Below are positions 39,598-53,737 of a stretch of DNA of 64,000 bases, piece by piece (position 1 is the first letter of the stretch; every line of letters starts with the position of its first letter). Below the pieces are notes generated by a model. The model had not been told where the DNA came from, ran no database searches, and was given only the letters and a program-made list of their open reading frames with translations. The position numbers were made by a program, and so were the translations under genes. The DNA is from Eledone cirrhosa (lineage: Eukaryota), in the NCBI GenBank assembly GCA_964016885.1, contig OZ024743.1:28520001-28584000 (forward strand), written 5' to 3'.

Positions 39598-41926
39598 AAT
39601 AGTTAAGGAGCCAGAAAAGATACCATCATGGCTAGTTAACGGCATTACATTCCTGCTACCGAAGAATGATGAGACAAACAATCCCCAAAATTACAGACCG
39701 ATAACCTGCTTGACCACAATGTATAAAATTTTAACATCAGTCCTAACTGAATACACATATGACCACCTGATAACAAATGACCTATTTCCCATTGAGCAGA
39801 AAGGGTGTAAACGAGGCTCATATGGCTGTAAGGATCAGCTTCTGGTTAACAAAATGATACTGGAAGATTGTCATAATAGACACAAAAATCTATCGATTGC
39901 TTGGATAGATTATAAAAAAGCATTTGATAGTTTGCCACACAGTTGGATTGAAAAATGTTTAGAGATTTTCAAAATATCCCCCGTTATCAGGAGGTTTTTG
40001 TCATTCAGTATGAGGACATGGAGAACGACACTCCTTTTGAATAGTGAAACAAAATCACTGGAAGCTGGAGAAGTTAACATTAATTGTGGAATTTTTCAGG
40101 GTGACTCTTTATCACCGCTTTTATTCTGCATCGCACTTATACCATTAAGTAAAATGCTCAATGAAACAAAACATGGATATAGAGTCTATGACAAAACCAT
40201 TAATCACCTGTTCTACATGGATGACCTGAAACTATTTGCAAAAAATGATGAACAATTGCAAGGGCTATTATCCACTGTGAAGCAGTTCAGTGATGACATT
40301 AAAATGGAGTTTGGACTGGATAAATGCGCCAAAGCAACGTTCACCAGAGGAAAGCTGCTGAAGAGTTCAGACATTAATCTTGATCGGGGGAACGTGATAA
40401 GAGAGCTTGATCAAGAACAAACTTACAAATATCTAGGTGTTTGTGAAGGAGACGGAATCAAGCACTCGACAATGAGGGAAAGGATAAGGAAGGAATGTTA
40501 CCGCAGAGTCAGAGCAATCTTAAGAACGGAATTGAATGCAAGGAATAGGATCGATGCCATAAACACGCTTGCCATACCAGTAGTAACCTACAGTTACAAT
40601 GTCATCAACTGGTCAAGCACAGAGATCCGTAGGCTCGATACAAAAATTCGAAAATTCTTAACCATGCACAGAATGCATCACCCTAAGGCAGACATAGATA
40701 GAATATATCTCCCTAGGAAAGAAGGAGGACGTGGGTTAATCCAGTTAGACATTGCGTTGAAAACTGCAACAATTGGATTATCCACATATCTAAGGGAATC
40801 ACATGATTGGATGATCAAACTCGTTTTGAAACACGAAAGCACCAAAAGATCATATTCCATTACAAAAGATGCACAAAGATACAGTAATGGACTACAAATT
40901 TCAGAAGTCCCATTTACTGCTGAAATGGAAAACACAGAAAAAGCAAAGCAGGTAAAAGTAACTGCAAAGAAAGAACTGCTACAGAAACTGGCTAAGAAAT
41001 GGCAAGAAAAGCCTCTGTATGGAAAATACCCAGAGCGAGCTAACAATCCTGATGTTGACAAAACTTTAACCCATCAGTGGTTGGCATCCTCTGGACTGAA
41101 ATCGGAGACTGAAGGACTGATTATATCGGCACAAGATCAGTGTCTGCCAACAAAAAATTACCAAGCCAACATAATAAAAAATGGGTGCAGCCCATTATGC
41201 TGTGTATGCAAAAAACAACCAGAGACCATTGACCATATAATTTCAATGTGCAGTCCTATAGCTCCAACCGAATACCTAAACAGGCATGACAGAGCTGCAC
41301 AATACATACATTGGATAATGTGTAAGCATTTTGAACTGCCCCATCAAAAGAATTGGTGGGAGCATCAACCACCTCCCATACTTGAAAAAGATCACATCTC
41401 AATCTTGTGGAACTTTAGCATCCAAACAGACCGAAAAAAATGCAAATAGACCTGATATAATATTGAAGGACTTTCAAAGGAGGGTATGCCTGCTAATTGA
41501 TATGTCTGTTCCAATAGACAAGAATGTATCTATAAAAACATTTGAAAAATTGAGCAAGTATAAGGACCTGGAGATAGAAATTGGAAAAATGTGGAAATTG
41601 AGAACTAAAACAATACCAGTGGTTGTAGGCGCTCTGGGAATGATACCTAAGGGGTCTAACGACTACTTATCGCAAATCCCAGGAAACCCGCGTATAGGAG
41701 AAATACAAAAGATAGTACTAATGGGAACTGCCCATATACTAAGGAAGATCCTGTCAATATAAGTACATCACAAGTCTAAACACTAAGGATGCATGTGTGA
41801 ATATGTGTGTTCTTTCTTGAACATGGCGGACCTTGTTGTCTCTTGAGGTCACTGGTTGTGACTTGGTGATAACTCGTATAAACATAAAGCAAGATAAATG
41901 CAAATAATAATAATAATAATAATAAT
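39598..41926 (+). mobile_element. 5'-truncated R4/Dong-type element of a different family; one frameshift in an A-run near 41434-41440; (TAA)n tail
   Basis: Starts mid-RT (IPSWLVNGITFLLPK...NYRPITCL); FYMDDLKL, CCVC...HIISMC, RHD; RPDII...IDMSVP in the next frame to 41762. Confidence 0.92.
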
Positions 41927-43375
41927 ATGTATGCAATTTGGTATTAGTAAGTGTGTAGTCCTTGTGATGAAGATGGCTAAATTGAGCAGAAGCAACGGAA
42001 TCCAGGTACCAACAGGTGAGATGATAAAGGAAATTGACACTGAAGAAGGATACAAGTATTTGGGTGTTCTGGAGGCAGATGACATCAAGAACAAAAAAAA
42101 TGAAGGAATTGATAATATCTGAATACATTCGGAGAGTAAGGAGCGTATTAAAGTCACATCTTAACAGCAGAAATGCCATAAACGCAGTAAATTCCCAGGC
42201 TGTGTCTATTATTAGGTACAGTGCGGGAATTCTGAGATGGAATGTTGCTGAACAAAAAGAAATGGATAGGAAGACTAGGAAGCTATTGACTATCTACAAC
42301 ATGTTCCACAAGAGGAGTGATGTCGATAGACTCTACTTCAGGAGATCTGAAGGTGGAAGAGGTCTTATCAGCATAGAGGACTATGTTCAGATGGAGGAAA
42401 ACAACCTACACAAATACGTGAGCAATAGTAAGGAGCCAATGCTCAGAATTGTACTGAAGGAGGGGACAATAGGCCAGGGGATGTCCAAGGAGGAAATAAC
42501 AACGAGGAGAAAGAGCAACCTTCATGAAAAATCCCTTCATAGTACCTTCTTTGAGAAAACTGAATTCAGAGATCCACAGACATGGAACTGGTTGAGAAGA
42601 GGAGACCTTAAAAAGGCTACAGAAGGAATGCTAATGGCTGCGCAAGAGCAGGCCCTCAAAACGAAGTGGCTGAAACATCATATTTAAAAGGAGGAGGATA
42701 GCCCACTGTGCAGGATCTGTGGAGAGAGACAGGAGACTGTGGCTCACATTGTATCCGAGTGTAAACACCTAGCCCAGACTCACTATAAAGGCTGAAGACA
42801 TGATGTGATGGGCAGGGTGATCCACTGGCACCTATGCAAAGTAAACAATTTACCACATTCTGAGAAGTGGTATGAGCATAAGCCAGAGGCGGTGATAGAA
42901 AACGATCAGGTGAAGGTGCTGTGGGATTTTAGGATACAGACGGACAAGAAACTGGAACACAATAGACCTGACCTGGTGGTTTTGGACAAAGAAAAAAGAT
43001 CGTGCCTGATTGTGGATGTGGCCTGCCCATTCAACACGAGAGTGCAAGAGAAGGAGAGGGAGAACATTAACCGATACCAGGACTTAAAGTGGGAGGTAAA
43101 AAGGATTTGGAACTGCCATGAAGTCAAAGTGGTTCCGATTGTCATAGGCGCACTAGGGACTATCTCAAAGAGTTTCCAGGGATGGTTAAAGAAAATTGGC
43201 CCCGCACCGCTTTTTGGAACACTTCAAAAGGCATGCTTGCTGGGAACAGCAAGAACCCTCCGATACGTCCTGAATATCTGAGGCTGCAGGTAGTGGCTTG
43301 ATATTCATTTCAACACACTTTCCAGTTAACTAACATTAATGACTGAGACTCGAAGAACAATAATAATAATAATAA
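41927..43375 (+). pseudogene. 5'-truncated decayed copy of the 36240-39488 element with (TAA)n tail
   Basis: Collinear with about 38133-39570; A-run frameshift near 42095; stops at about 42685 and 42793. Confidence 0.93.
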
Positions 43376-43532
43376 TTGTTTGTACTTTGGGCATAAGGCC
43401 AGCAATTAGCCAGTGCATTACTGGTACTTTATCTTATCGACCCCGTAAGGATGAAAGACAAAGTTAACCACGGCGGGATTTGAACTCAGACTGTAAAGGG
43501 ACGTAACTATGCTGGAAAGCCTTGCGTTCGAC
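43375..43532 (-). mobile_element. Dominant SINE copy between two (TAA)n tracts
   Basis: Reverse complement of the SINE consensus. Confidence 0.85.
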
Positions 43533-43565
43533 CAATAATAATAATAATAACAATGATAATAATAA

Positions 43566-44410
43566 TAGAGTTTGGTATAGCAAAGTGTACCACCCAGCCT
43601 ATGAAGAGAGACGCGTACGTAGTAATAGGATTGAATTTACTTGATGAAGAATCATTTGGGTAGTAGGTACAAAATCTGGTTATTTTGGAGCTGGACAAAG
43701 TTGTAAATGTGAAGATGAAAGGAAATGTGAATCAAGTCTCATTCAATAGGTGAGAACTGCTACAGATAACGATATATCAATGGGAAGGACTTGATTGCTC
43801 CAATCAACGTCAGAGCTGTGCCAGTTATTAGATATATTGCGGTTATTTTGAATTTAACCAAAGAAGAGATAAAGAGGTTGGATAGGCTAATGGTACATTG
43901 CATCCAAAGGCAGATGTTATAAGGTTATGTACACCACAGAATGTAGAAGGTTGAGGATTTGTAAGTGTGAAAGATTGTGTGGCTAGAGAGTTCATGTCTT
44001 TAGATTGGTAAAAGTAATATAGAAGAGCTTTTAAAGTATGTTGTCAAAAGCGGAAGGGTATTCACTGAAACTATTGAAAGTAAAGAAAATTACAAGCAGG
44101 GGCTAATTGATGAGAAACTGAACAGGAGAGGTAGTATGGAATTGCATGGTCAATTTAAAATGGAAATTAAGGAAGTAATGACAGAATCTTCATGGAATTA
44201 GTTGACAAACATTGAGAAAGGTAGACAGTAAGTCTACTAATAGTTGCTTAAACTTAAAAAAGAATATGTATAATCCAGATGAAAAAAGTACGTGTAGGAT
44301 ATGTGGGAAGAATATGGAAAGTGTGATGCATTTTGAGTGCCTGTGACATGCTTGTGCTGAGGAAATATAAATGGTGACATAATAAAGTTTGCTTACACCT
44401 ACACTGGTTG
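43566..44410 (+). pseudogene. Old R4/Dong-type fragment after (TAA)n
   Basis: EFGIAKC, INVRAVPVIRY, LHPKADVIRL...EG*GFVSV, LHGQF, CRICG remnants with many stops. Confidence 0.7.
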
Positions 44411-44589
44411 TTTTTTCTTATATTTACCGGAGTTATATTTACCAAACATTTTCACAGCATCCCATATTTTTTAACGCCAAGTAGGGCGATAAGCTACGAG
44501 ACTTTCCAAAGTTTTAGACTAATTCCTATATTTTTCAGGTTCACCTTCAATGCCACCTCAAACAGTTTCTTTTGCTTAAACTGTTTTTT

Positions 44590-46950
44590 CTCCATAAAAC
44601 AAATGCTTCGGGGTATGCCCGTCAGCCATGCGAATAAAATGTCTGCAGTTGGTTTTTCAAAATTATTGCCTGGATGAAAAACGTACCAGATCCAGCTAGA
44701 AAGTCATTGTGAGGAGTGAATGAATTCCATCTTATTTTCAGAACACTGTGTAAGAATATTTTATGGAATTATTCCAAGTGTCTGCAATGATGTTTGAAAC
44801 ACGTCCAGGTTTCAGAGAATAAGAAAATAGAGATTAAAGCGAAGGATGTAGAAACAAATTTTTTGTCTCATTGTTGATAGGTCTCTGTGACCAGACAGAT
44901 TCTAAACTAGCAAAAGATGTTGCTGTCTTTCGAATCCTTAGAGATATATTTGAATCCATTGTTCCATCTACATTCACTGCTCTTCCCAGTTATAAGAATG
45001 ATTCGACAACCTAAAGAAGTTTACCTTTCCCATACATTTCAGGTTGATGTACAACTTTACGGGGTGCAGGTGGACACAAAACTATAGCGTTCTTTAAACC
45101 TTTAGTTAAACCAAATATATCACATGACATGCAGGAATCAATGATTGCAATGTATGTTCAGTATGACACACAAGTATATATACATCAGTATACAGAAGGT
45201 ATCGTACCAGCGAGGTGAATATTTTGCTCTTAAATTTCATCCTTGCTAATTTAAAGACATTTCCTGTGGTACGACATCATACATATATTCCTTTATTGCT
45301 ATTTTGGAAAGAATGATAGAATATAACAGCAAAATATCATAGAGAATAGGTGTACCAAGGTCTCCCTCTTTCGCCCCACTTTTCACTGCAAAAGACTCAG
45401 AGAGTGTGCCTCTAAATTTAATTCTAGCTTTCTTGCCTTTATGAAGTACTTTCAAAAAAATATTTACAAATTTTGAAGCCATCTAAAATCAGCCACAAGC
45501 CCATTCTTATTAGCAATATTGAATGCATTACTAAGATGAACAAAACAGTGTTATAGAGTAAGGTTCGATAAGATACATTTACCCTGTAGTTGTCTTATTG
45601 AGATAATCATATTATTAGGGCCTCTTTTCGCACGAAATTTTGACTCTGAAACATCTATTGGTACTATGAAGTTATTAAGTCATTCCAAAAGTACACGTGC
45701 TAGAACCTTATCATGGTCGCTCTAAAGCAACAAGAAAATTAGGATTGATTGATTGAAAAAGTAGATTTTGACACATTTATTTTTCTTTAAGTAAGTCACA
45801 TATATTAGGGTTGTTATCTGTAACCTAGTCATTGGATCTGGATCTCCCCGATCCCACACCAACTGATGCAGATGCTGCCTCCAAGACTTTTATCTTAAAA
45901 TCTTCCCATAGATTGCTCGGATGAAGTGTGATATTATCTAATGTACTACAAAAATCGAGGACAGCATCGACAGACTTGGATTTTGCAGCTTTATGTTTCT
46001 TTGGTGCGTTAAACATAGAGTTAAATTGATTTCGGCCCTGACCTGCGTATGATGAGTCCAGCATTATTTCCCTGTGAGTCCAGCATTATTTCCCTGTAGT
46101 TGTGCGCAAAATATATACATCTTTTACATCACATCTTTTAACTAAAATATAATCAATGAGATGCCAATCCTTAGATCTTGGAGGCATCCAAGTTGTTTCA
46201 TATTTATGTTTCTGTTGAAAAAAAGTGTTTGTTACTAAAAATTAATGATTAGAGCAAAAACTAAAAGCTGAAACATAATTTCGGTTACATTTTCTTACAC
46301 CATGTTTACACAAGGCTAGCGATGTTATGAAATCAGATCCAGTCCTCAAGCTGAAGTCATCGATAATTACTCGCTTATCAGTAGCTGGCACATTTCTCAC
46401 CAATTCCAAGTTCGTTGAAGAATGATTCATCAGGTTCTTTTATGTGTGATATTGTAAAGAATCTCCTCTTTTTTTTCAGATGCAGACGACACGATAACCA
46501 TTGAAAAATGGAAAAAAAAAAAATGAAATGTGAGAATTTCTAATAGCCATGCCAACAAATGATTCTCTCCTTTGACCGTCTGCTACACTTTTCCAAAAGA
46601 AAGTGTAACCAAATCCACTTTCATTTAGCTGACCAACCCCATGTAGGCGTGTTTCAGAGAGAGATACTATATCTAATGAATATATTTTCAAACATGAGCG
46701 ATCAATGCGGTTCACCTCTCTAGTATTTGAATCAAATTGTCGCCGACTAGAGTACACAAATTCCAACAAGCAAGTTTCAGTGAGTGTTTAACCTTCTTGT
46801 ATTGCCGATTGATCATAGTAGCAGGATAATAACCGAGCCCAACCAGTAACGCAGTGGGGCACCTGCCGTGCCAGATCTGTTACCGGTTTAGTCGCCGATG
46901 AACCTAAATTCGACAAGTTGTACTTAATTATGTTACCAGTAAGTTCTTTT
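44590..46950 (-). pseudogene. Decayed RTE (BovB-like) element: APE endonuclease plus RT
   Basis: LDIVSLSETRLHGVGQLNESGFGYTFFW, TTWMPPRSKDWHLIDYIL, SFAVKSGAKEG, LLYTDDV; 22-bp tandem duplication at about 46053-46097. Confidence 0.85.
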
Positions 46951-47019
46951 TTTTTTTTTTTCTTTAATTTTCCGTTCTTCCCTTTTCTCACTCTTTATCT
47001 TTCTATTTCATCTTATATT

Positions 47020-47060
47020 TCTCATTCTGATGAAGAACTAGTGTCCGAAACGTAAAGACT
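47020..47060 (+). ncRNA. Degenerate minimal HHR (solo pLTR remnant)
   Basis: CTGATGA-AGAACTAGTGTCC-GAAA-CG-TA; stems are eroded. Confidence 0.5.
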
Positions 47061-48210
47061 ATTTTGTTACTATATAAAGCGTTCAACTAATATAGTTCTT
47101 CTCATTATATTGTGTTGTTGTTTTGTGATTTCTGTTTAATTTTCGGCTTGTGTGTTCAGACACCCTCACAAAGGCTTGCTGAATACACAAGCCGAAACAC
47201 TTGGCGCCGCGGTCGGGATTTTACATATCTCTATACCCACTCTGCATCTCTCCAAGCATTGAGTACTCCCATGGTTAGAGGTCACCCCCGTCTCAGCACC
47301 GCTGACTCTATACACACAATCACACACACACACATTTGATTAACGAGTGGGGTGGAGCTCATCAAATCGGACCGAGGAAACACTGTCTCCATTGGTCTTT
47401 CCAATTGCTAATACTATCTGTCGGTCGGAACTCCAAGCAGAAAGAGCAACTTGAAATAAAATACCTTGCCGAAACACTTCACTACTGGATGGATGTGCAT
47501 GGCCACCAAGCACATAACAATGATTGCATAACTGCACCAATGATTGCGTAAGCATCTGACGATGTCACATGAATAAGCATGTAACAGAAATATATATAAT
47601 GCAATAAACAATTATGGTGATTCAATCCCGTCTTAACTACCATTATTTGGGGATTTGAACTCAGATCAGTTACGGCCCTTTATGATCTGAGTTCAAATCC
47701 CGCCTTGGTTAAGTTTGCCTTTCACCCTTACGGGGGTCGATAAAATAAAGTACCAATAATACACTGGGATAAGTGCTGGCCTTGTGCCAGAAGTAGAAAC
47801 AATTATTTGATAAATGCATACTCCGTGAGATAAACTACTGACGTGTATTGCTTTGGGTCGCTAGGATCTGCTTATCATCAGGAAGTTAGTGCTACGTAAC
47901 AACTAAGATAAACAACACTCATTTTTAATTGATGTGTCGAATTCCTGTTTTGTTATCCTGTCTTTAAACATTTCGTATACTTTTCTCCTTTCCATTCGTG
48001 AGTTGTTGACTATAAAAGAATATATGATTGTTGCATGCACCTGATCCTATATATCTGAGTACTAAACATATTCCAATATTATTTACCCAAACATTTTATT
48101 TTCTGCTTCAGCTGTTCAACTTTAGTATTAAATATACTTTTTCTCATTATCTCCCTCTCTATATATATGTTTTGTGTATGTGTGCGTGAGTGCGTGCGCG
48201 TGTGTGCGTA

Positions 48211-48309
<99 letters not shown>

Positions 48310-48624
48310 TTACTTAATGCCAATTTATTACGATTAGCGGCTGGTTTCCTGCTTGAATCATAGTTTAATAGGGTTAGCAGACACTCTGTATTTGAAACTC
48401 GATTTCGTCAATGTTTAATATGTTTACAATATAAGTGATCGATAGTTTGTGAATATTCACAAAAATTGTACAGTATCTGTGAAATAAGATAGAAAGACGG
48501 AAAGAGACACCGGGTGCTACAGCCCATCTGTTTTGTATTATTATGCCACTACCATAAAGGACAGGGCAGGTAGGAGAATGTTTGGATCATGAAGTGTATC
48601 ATGTTTAAAGTTGAAACATTTGCC

Positions 48625-49200
48625 CCTAATAACTAGTTGTGATGTTGCTATTCCACTCATGTTTTCTGTTTAATTTTGGTTGGAGTTCGCTTATGTTTGT
48701 CGCCTCTGTGATTTGTCTGAGTATTGCTACTTTACTGTGTGTGGAGCTTAAGGACAAAATGAAGACACACAGACACACACAAAAACCAAACTAACAAAAC
48801 AAATCAGGCACACATAGATAGAACAAACAACCAACTATTGACAAGTAAATAAACACATAAATAAATAAAAATACACACACGCCGATGTAACGCATGCGCA
48901 AACTAAGCACACAACACACAAAAACAAGATGGTTTAGGACAGAACAAAAGAGAGAGACACAAAATAAAAACCTAGTCACTGAGGAGGTCACAGAATGTGT
49001 GCCGAATGAGCTTTGACAATATATAAACAACCATCCGGTTATTGAACCAACCAACCAACCGAAAATGCATGATAAATTGAAGTGAAAACCAACAGGTGCG
49101 TGTGTTTTTATTGGCAGCATGACCCTCCCAAATTATAACAATATCTGTTTCAACACACGTTTTAAGATAAGGAATCTTGCAAAACAAATTTAAAAACGTA
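48625..49200. mobile_element. Older second-family PLE copy with 5' inversion
   Basis: 48625-48746 encodes RQITEATNISELQPKLNRKHEWN on the minus strand; 48747-49200 is the 3' UTR on the plus strand with a degenerate HHR at about 48975-49018. Confidence 0.8.
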
Positions 49201-49216
49201 TATATATATAAACAGA

Positions 49217-49316
<100 letters not shown>

Positions 49317-49542
49317 GAGATAGATATGTAGATGTAAACACCGATATCATATTAACACACGCATTACACACAAACATACACCAAATTAGGCATAGACTGA
49401 AATGTATATAAAATTTGAATATTATACACACACACTTAAGTACATGCAGAGAAACATATATGCATGCATCTTAATATCACCCATACAACCGTCTCATAAT
49501 ATTTCGTACTCACACAACATTCACTCTTACATAATCACAGAC

Positions 49543-49586
<44 letters not shown>

Positions 49587-49661
49587 CTGAAACATAGACG
49601 CACAAATATAACTATATCAATACATACTCACACAGACACACACACAGAGACAGACAGACAG

Positions 49662-49741
<80 letters not shown>

Positions 49742-49856
49742 ACACAAACCCGCCTACATACAACAGTATCATTATCATACACGCAAAACACACCTTTCGC
49801 ATATATACAAAAAATTCACACCCTGCACACATACACATGCATGCGCACACATATAC

Positions 49857-49887
<31 letters not shown>

Positions 49888-50049
49888 TACATGCATATAC
49901 ATATACACAAATACACACACACACACACAGAGTAACACCCACATCCTACATCAACAGTGCCATGAAATAATCAGCACGCATTCACGCCTGCAACTTTTCT
50001 CCTCCACTAAAGAATACGAGCGCTACCTTCCTCTCCTCGCCATACTTCT

Positions 50050-50460
50050 CTTCCACCACCACCTCCTCCTCCTCCACATCATCATCACCACCACCACCAC
50101 CACCACCGTCACCACCATCATCATCATCATCACTACCATCGGCATCATCCCCATCATCAAAACCACCTCCGTCATCATCATCATCATCATCACCACTGTC
50201 ATCACCATCGTCATTATCCTCAACCTCATCACCACCAACCTCATCATCATCATCATCATCATCATCGTCATCATCACTGTCATCACCACCAACCACATCT
50301 TCAACGCTATCATCCTCATCATCATCACCACCAGCCTCTTCATCATCATCATCGTCATCATCATCATCATCATCACTGTCATCATCACCAACCACATCTT
50401 CAACGCCATCATCACCATCATCATCACCACCAGCCTCATCACCACTGCCGCCATCATGAT
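50050..50460. repeat. (CAT)n/(CAC)n compound trinucleotide region with an internal duplication
   Basis: CATCACTGTCATCACCACCAACCACATCTTCAACGC-like block occurs twice. Confidence 0.85.
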
Positions 50461-50969
50461 TCTAGGAATCAAAGGTAGCAGGCGGTTTGAAAAGTTGATG
50501 GAAGTCTGAGAAGGAAATGGAGAGAGAAGGACAGAGAGAGGAGAGAAGAGGGAGGAGAAAAGTGAGAACGAGAGAGTAGGGGGTGGGTGAGAGAGATGGA
50601 AGGAGGAAAAGTGAGAGTGAGAGAGGTGGGGAGAGGGGAGAGATATGGAAAGAGAAAAGTGAGAGTGAAAGAGGTGGGGAGGGGAGAGAGAGATGGAGGG
50701 AGAAAAGTGAGAGAGAGAGAGAGAGAGAGAGGGAAGAGAAGCAGGCGAGATAAAGAGCGAGGTGGGGGAAAGAAGAGAAAGTGGCAGATGATAGAGAAGA
50801 TAGAGAAGAAATGAGAGAGAGACAAGAGAGAAACATACAGATACTTTAGCGTATGTAAGTATAAACACACATACTTACTAATATGTACACAAACATATAC
50901 GCACACGTAGAAATAGACGTGCACACACACACTGACATATATATGTCAGCAGGGAAGCACATACACACA

Positions 50970-51040
<71 letters not shown>

Positions 51041-52439
51041 ACACATCAGGTAATCAAAAAACGCCCCCATAAACACACACATGTATGTGCGAACTCAGAA
51101 CCATAGGACAGCACAACTGCGGCAAAACTAATGTCTATTGACCATGTTGTTGTTGTTGCTGGTGGTGGTGGTGGTGGTGGTGGTGATGGTGGTAGTGGTG
51201 GTGGTGGTAGTGATAGAGGTGATATTGTTATCGTTTAGCCCTGGCTCCACACTGATCGATCATTCCCTATGATCAACTGAATCCCAATCCTGATCACGTT
51301 CAGTACGTAGGACTATATTATCTCATGTGTCGTTTCCTTGTGATTTAACTATTATTTCTAGCTGATCGCGTGACAACGTTGGGATCTCTCGGATGTGTGG
51401 GCGTATAATACGAGATCCTTGAAAGAAACCCCAGAACTACACAGCAAACCCACCACTACCCCACCCCCACCTAACCATCACACTCATCAACACGTTGAAA
51501 ATTATATCGTTAATGGCTTGGCTGAATCATTAGAGCGTCGTGACAAAATGCTTTGGGATATTTGTTCTGGCTGTTTACCTTCTCAGGTCAAATCCCACCG
51601 GAGTCAACTTTGCTTTTCTTCAGTCCGGGGTCGATAAAATAAGGTTTCTGAAACTGGAAACCATTATTAAAGGGTCGGACGCCTGCTTTGCAGCATAGAG
51701 TTACGGCTCTTTATGATCTGAGTTCAAACCCTGCCGAGGATAACTTTGCCTTTTATCCTTACGGGGTCGATAAAATAAGGTACCAGTAATGTACTGGTAT
51801 TTGCTGGCCTTGTGCCATATATAGAAACAATTATTATTACTATCATTTTAGCATTAAGGGCGAGGAACTGGCAGTATTGGTAGAGCGTCGGACATGATTT
51901 GCGGCATATAGTTAAGTCCCACTCCGTTCTAAGTTCAATTCCCACCGAGGTTAGTTTTCAGGTCGCATTGGGGTCGATTTAAGCGACTTTCCCTTCCCCC
52001 ACAATTATTGGCATTATTGTCATTGTGCTTAAATCAGAAGCCATCCTCTTAGTGTGAGTTGAAGGGGTCATTCGAGCGTCGAAATGTATATATATATGTA
52101 ATTGTCAACCACAGTTTCTGACCGTGTCTATGTTAGAAAAAAATATTCTCTGTATTAATGTTTTGAGAAATATAACGGGATAATTATCACCGAATCGCTC
52201 GAGCATCGGACAGATATTTTGCAGTACTTGTTCTACCTTTTTACATTCTGAGTTTAAATACCACCAATGCTATATTTGCTTTTCATCTTTCTGGGGTCTA
52301 TAAAGAACCAGTCATGTAATGGAGTTGATTTAATCAAATTTCCTTTTCATTCTTAAAAGAAAAAAATGTTGAATGTACCTACCCTCACAACACTTTTTAC
52401 AACCAGCCTTTATATAATGCCTTTTTTATTCATCAACCT

Positions 52440-52484
<45 letters not shown>

Positions 52485-52485
<1 letters not shown>

Positions 52486-53055
52486 TAGCAGTGGTATCCG
52501 GCGTTGTACGGGATAAGGTATTTTGGAAGGCGGGCCGCCAACACACCTAATCGTGGAAAAACTGCATACCTGGACAATATGTATAGAAAATAAACCGAAT
52601 ACTCTGATGACTGGAAAATCTAAGATTTTCCTCGATGAAGCAGGAAATGGGCAGGTTTTCACCTAGGGGATCAAGAAAATGAATTTTTTTATGTGCATAA
52701 TATGCCTTGAAATTTCGGGAAAATCGGATAGACGTAACGCCTCAAAAAAACCCTAAAAAGCTGAAAAAAATTAAGTTTTTCACCTAATGCGGGCCCTAGG
52801 CCATAAAAAAAGTTGGATTTTCTTTGCTCACAGTATGAAGAAGAGACTGACTAATACATAGTTACAATTTCAAGGAAATCGGTCTGACGTAACGCCTCAA
52901 AAAATCCATAAAAAGCTGGGAAAAACGCAGTTTTTCACCTAATGTGATGCTAGGGGATCAAAAAGTTGAATTTTTTTATGTGCATAACACTCCCTAAAAT
53001 ATAAGTAATACCCATGTAAAGTTTGAAAAAGATCGGTTGGGTACTTCTCGGATTT

Positions 53056-53086
<31 letters not shown>

Positions 53087-53207
53087 ACACATACATACAT
53101 ACATACATACATACATACATACATACATACATACATACATACATACATACATACATACATACATACATACATACATACATCCTTCCTCAGTTTTATATAT
53201 ATATAGA
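52485..53207 (-). mobile_element. Non-autonomous Helitron with internal repeats and a (CATA)n/(CA)n tract
   Basis: Minus strand A|TCTATATATATATAAAA...CCCGTACAACGCCGGAT...CTAG|T: TC/CTAG termini, AT target, subterminal GC-rich hairpin, no TSD; GTTTTTCACCTA-like motif at about 52655, 52776 and 52930. Confidence 0.82.
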
Positions 53208-53328
53208 TAATATGATTCCAGTTCCTCAGAGAAATAACAACACAACCAGGAGCTGGACATATCGATGTATTGACGGATTAAAACACACTTCATCAACATG
53301 TGTACCTGTCTTTCCCACACCAATTCAG

Positions 53329-53383
53329 ACTGCCTGCAGAGGTCACAGCCAATGAGGGCTGTCACCGAAATATATATAGCAGT
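53329..53383 (+). ncRNA. Minimal HHR with core substitution (CUGCAGA), probably inactivated
   Basis: ACTGC-CTGCAGA-GGTCACAGCC-AATGAG-GGCTGTCACC-GAAA-TATATA-TA-GCAGT. Confidence 0.7.
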
Positions 53384-53530
53384 ATATCTATAATTTATAA
53401 TAAACGAAGCCAGATTTTACATATTTGACTTAATTATTTTACATTACTCCGGAGTAAACAAACCAACCTGCGTACCTCGTCGAGTGCTCCAATCTGCATA
53501 CTGAGGTGTCGGTAAACAACCAACATATAC

Positions 53531-53581
<51 letters not shown>

Positions 53582-53588
53582 AGGGGGC

Positions 53589-53624
<36 letters not shown>

Positions 53625-53632
53625 ACCCGTAC

Positions 53633-53737
53633 CTACTGGTGGAGTCGTTGGGGGCACCATAGTGACAGGCATATGTAGTTTCTTGGGCATTTTTAAACCT
53701 GGTAGAACAAATCCGATTGCTTCCAAAGAATGAGAGA
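53633..53737 (-). other. Candidate 105-bp host exon
   Basis: Acceptor TTTTTTTTCTATCAG| and donor AG|GTACGG; open frame SHSLEAIGFVLPGLKMPKKLHMPVTMVPPTTPPV. Confidence 0.35.

Noticed and set aside
49841-50930. Asp-rich, Ile/Thr-rich and Met-rich ORFs
   Set aside because: (CAT)n/(CAC)n and GA-rich low complexity open in several frames, with no splice or domain evidence.
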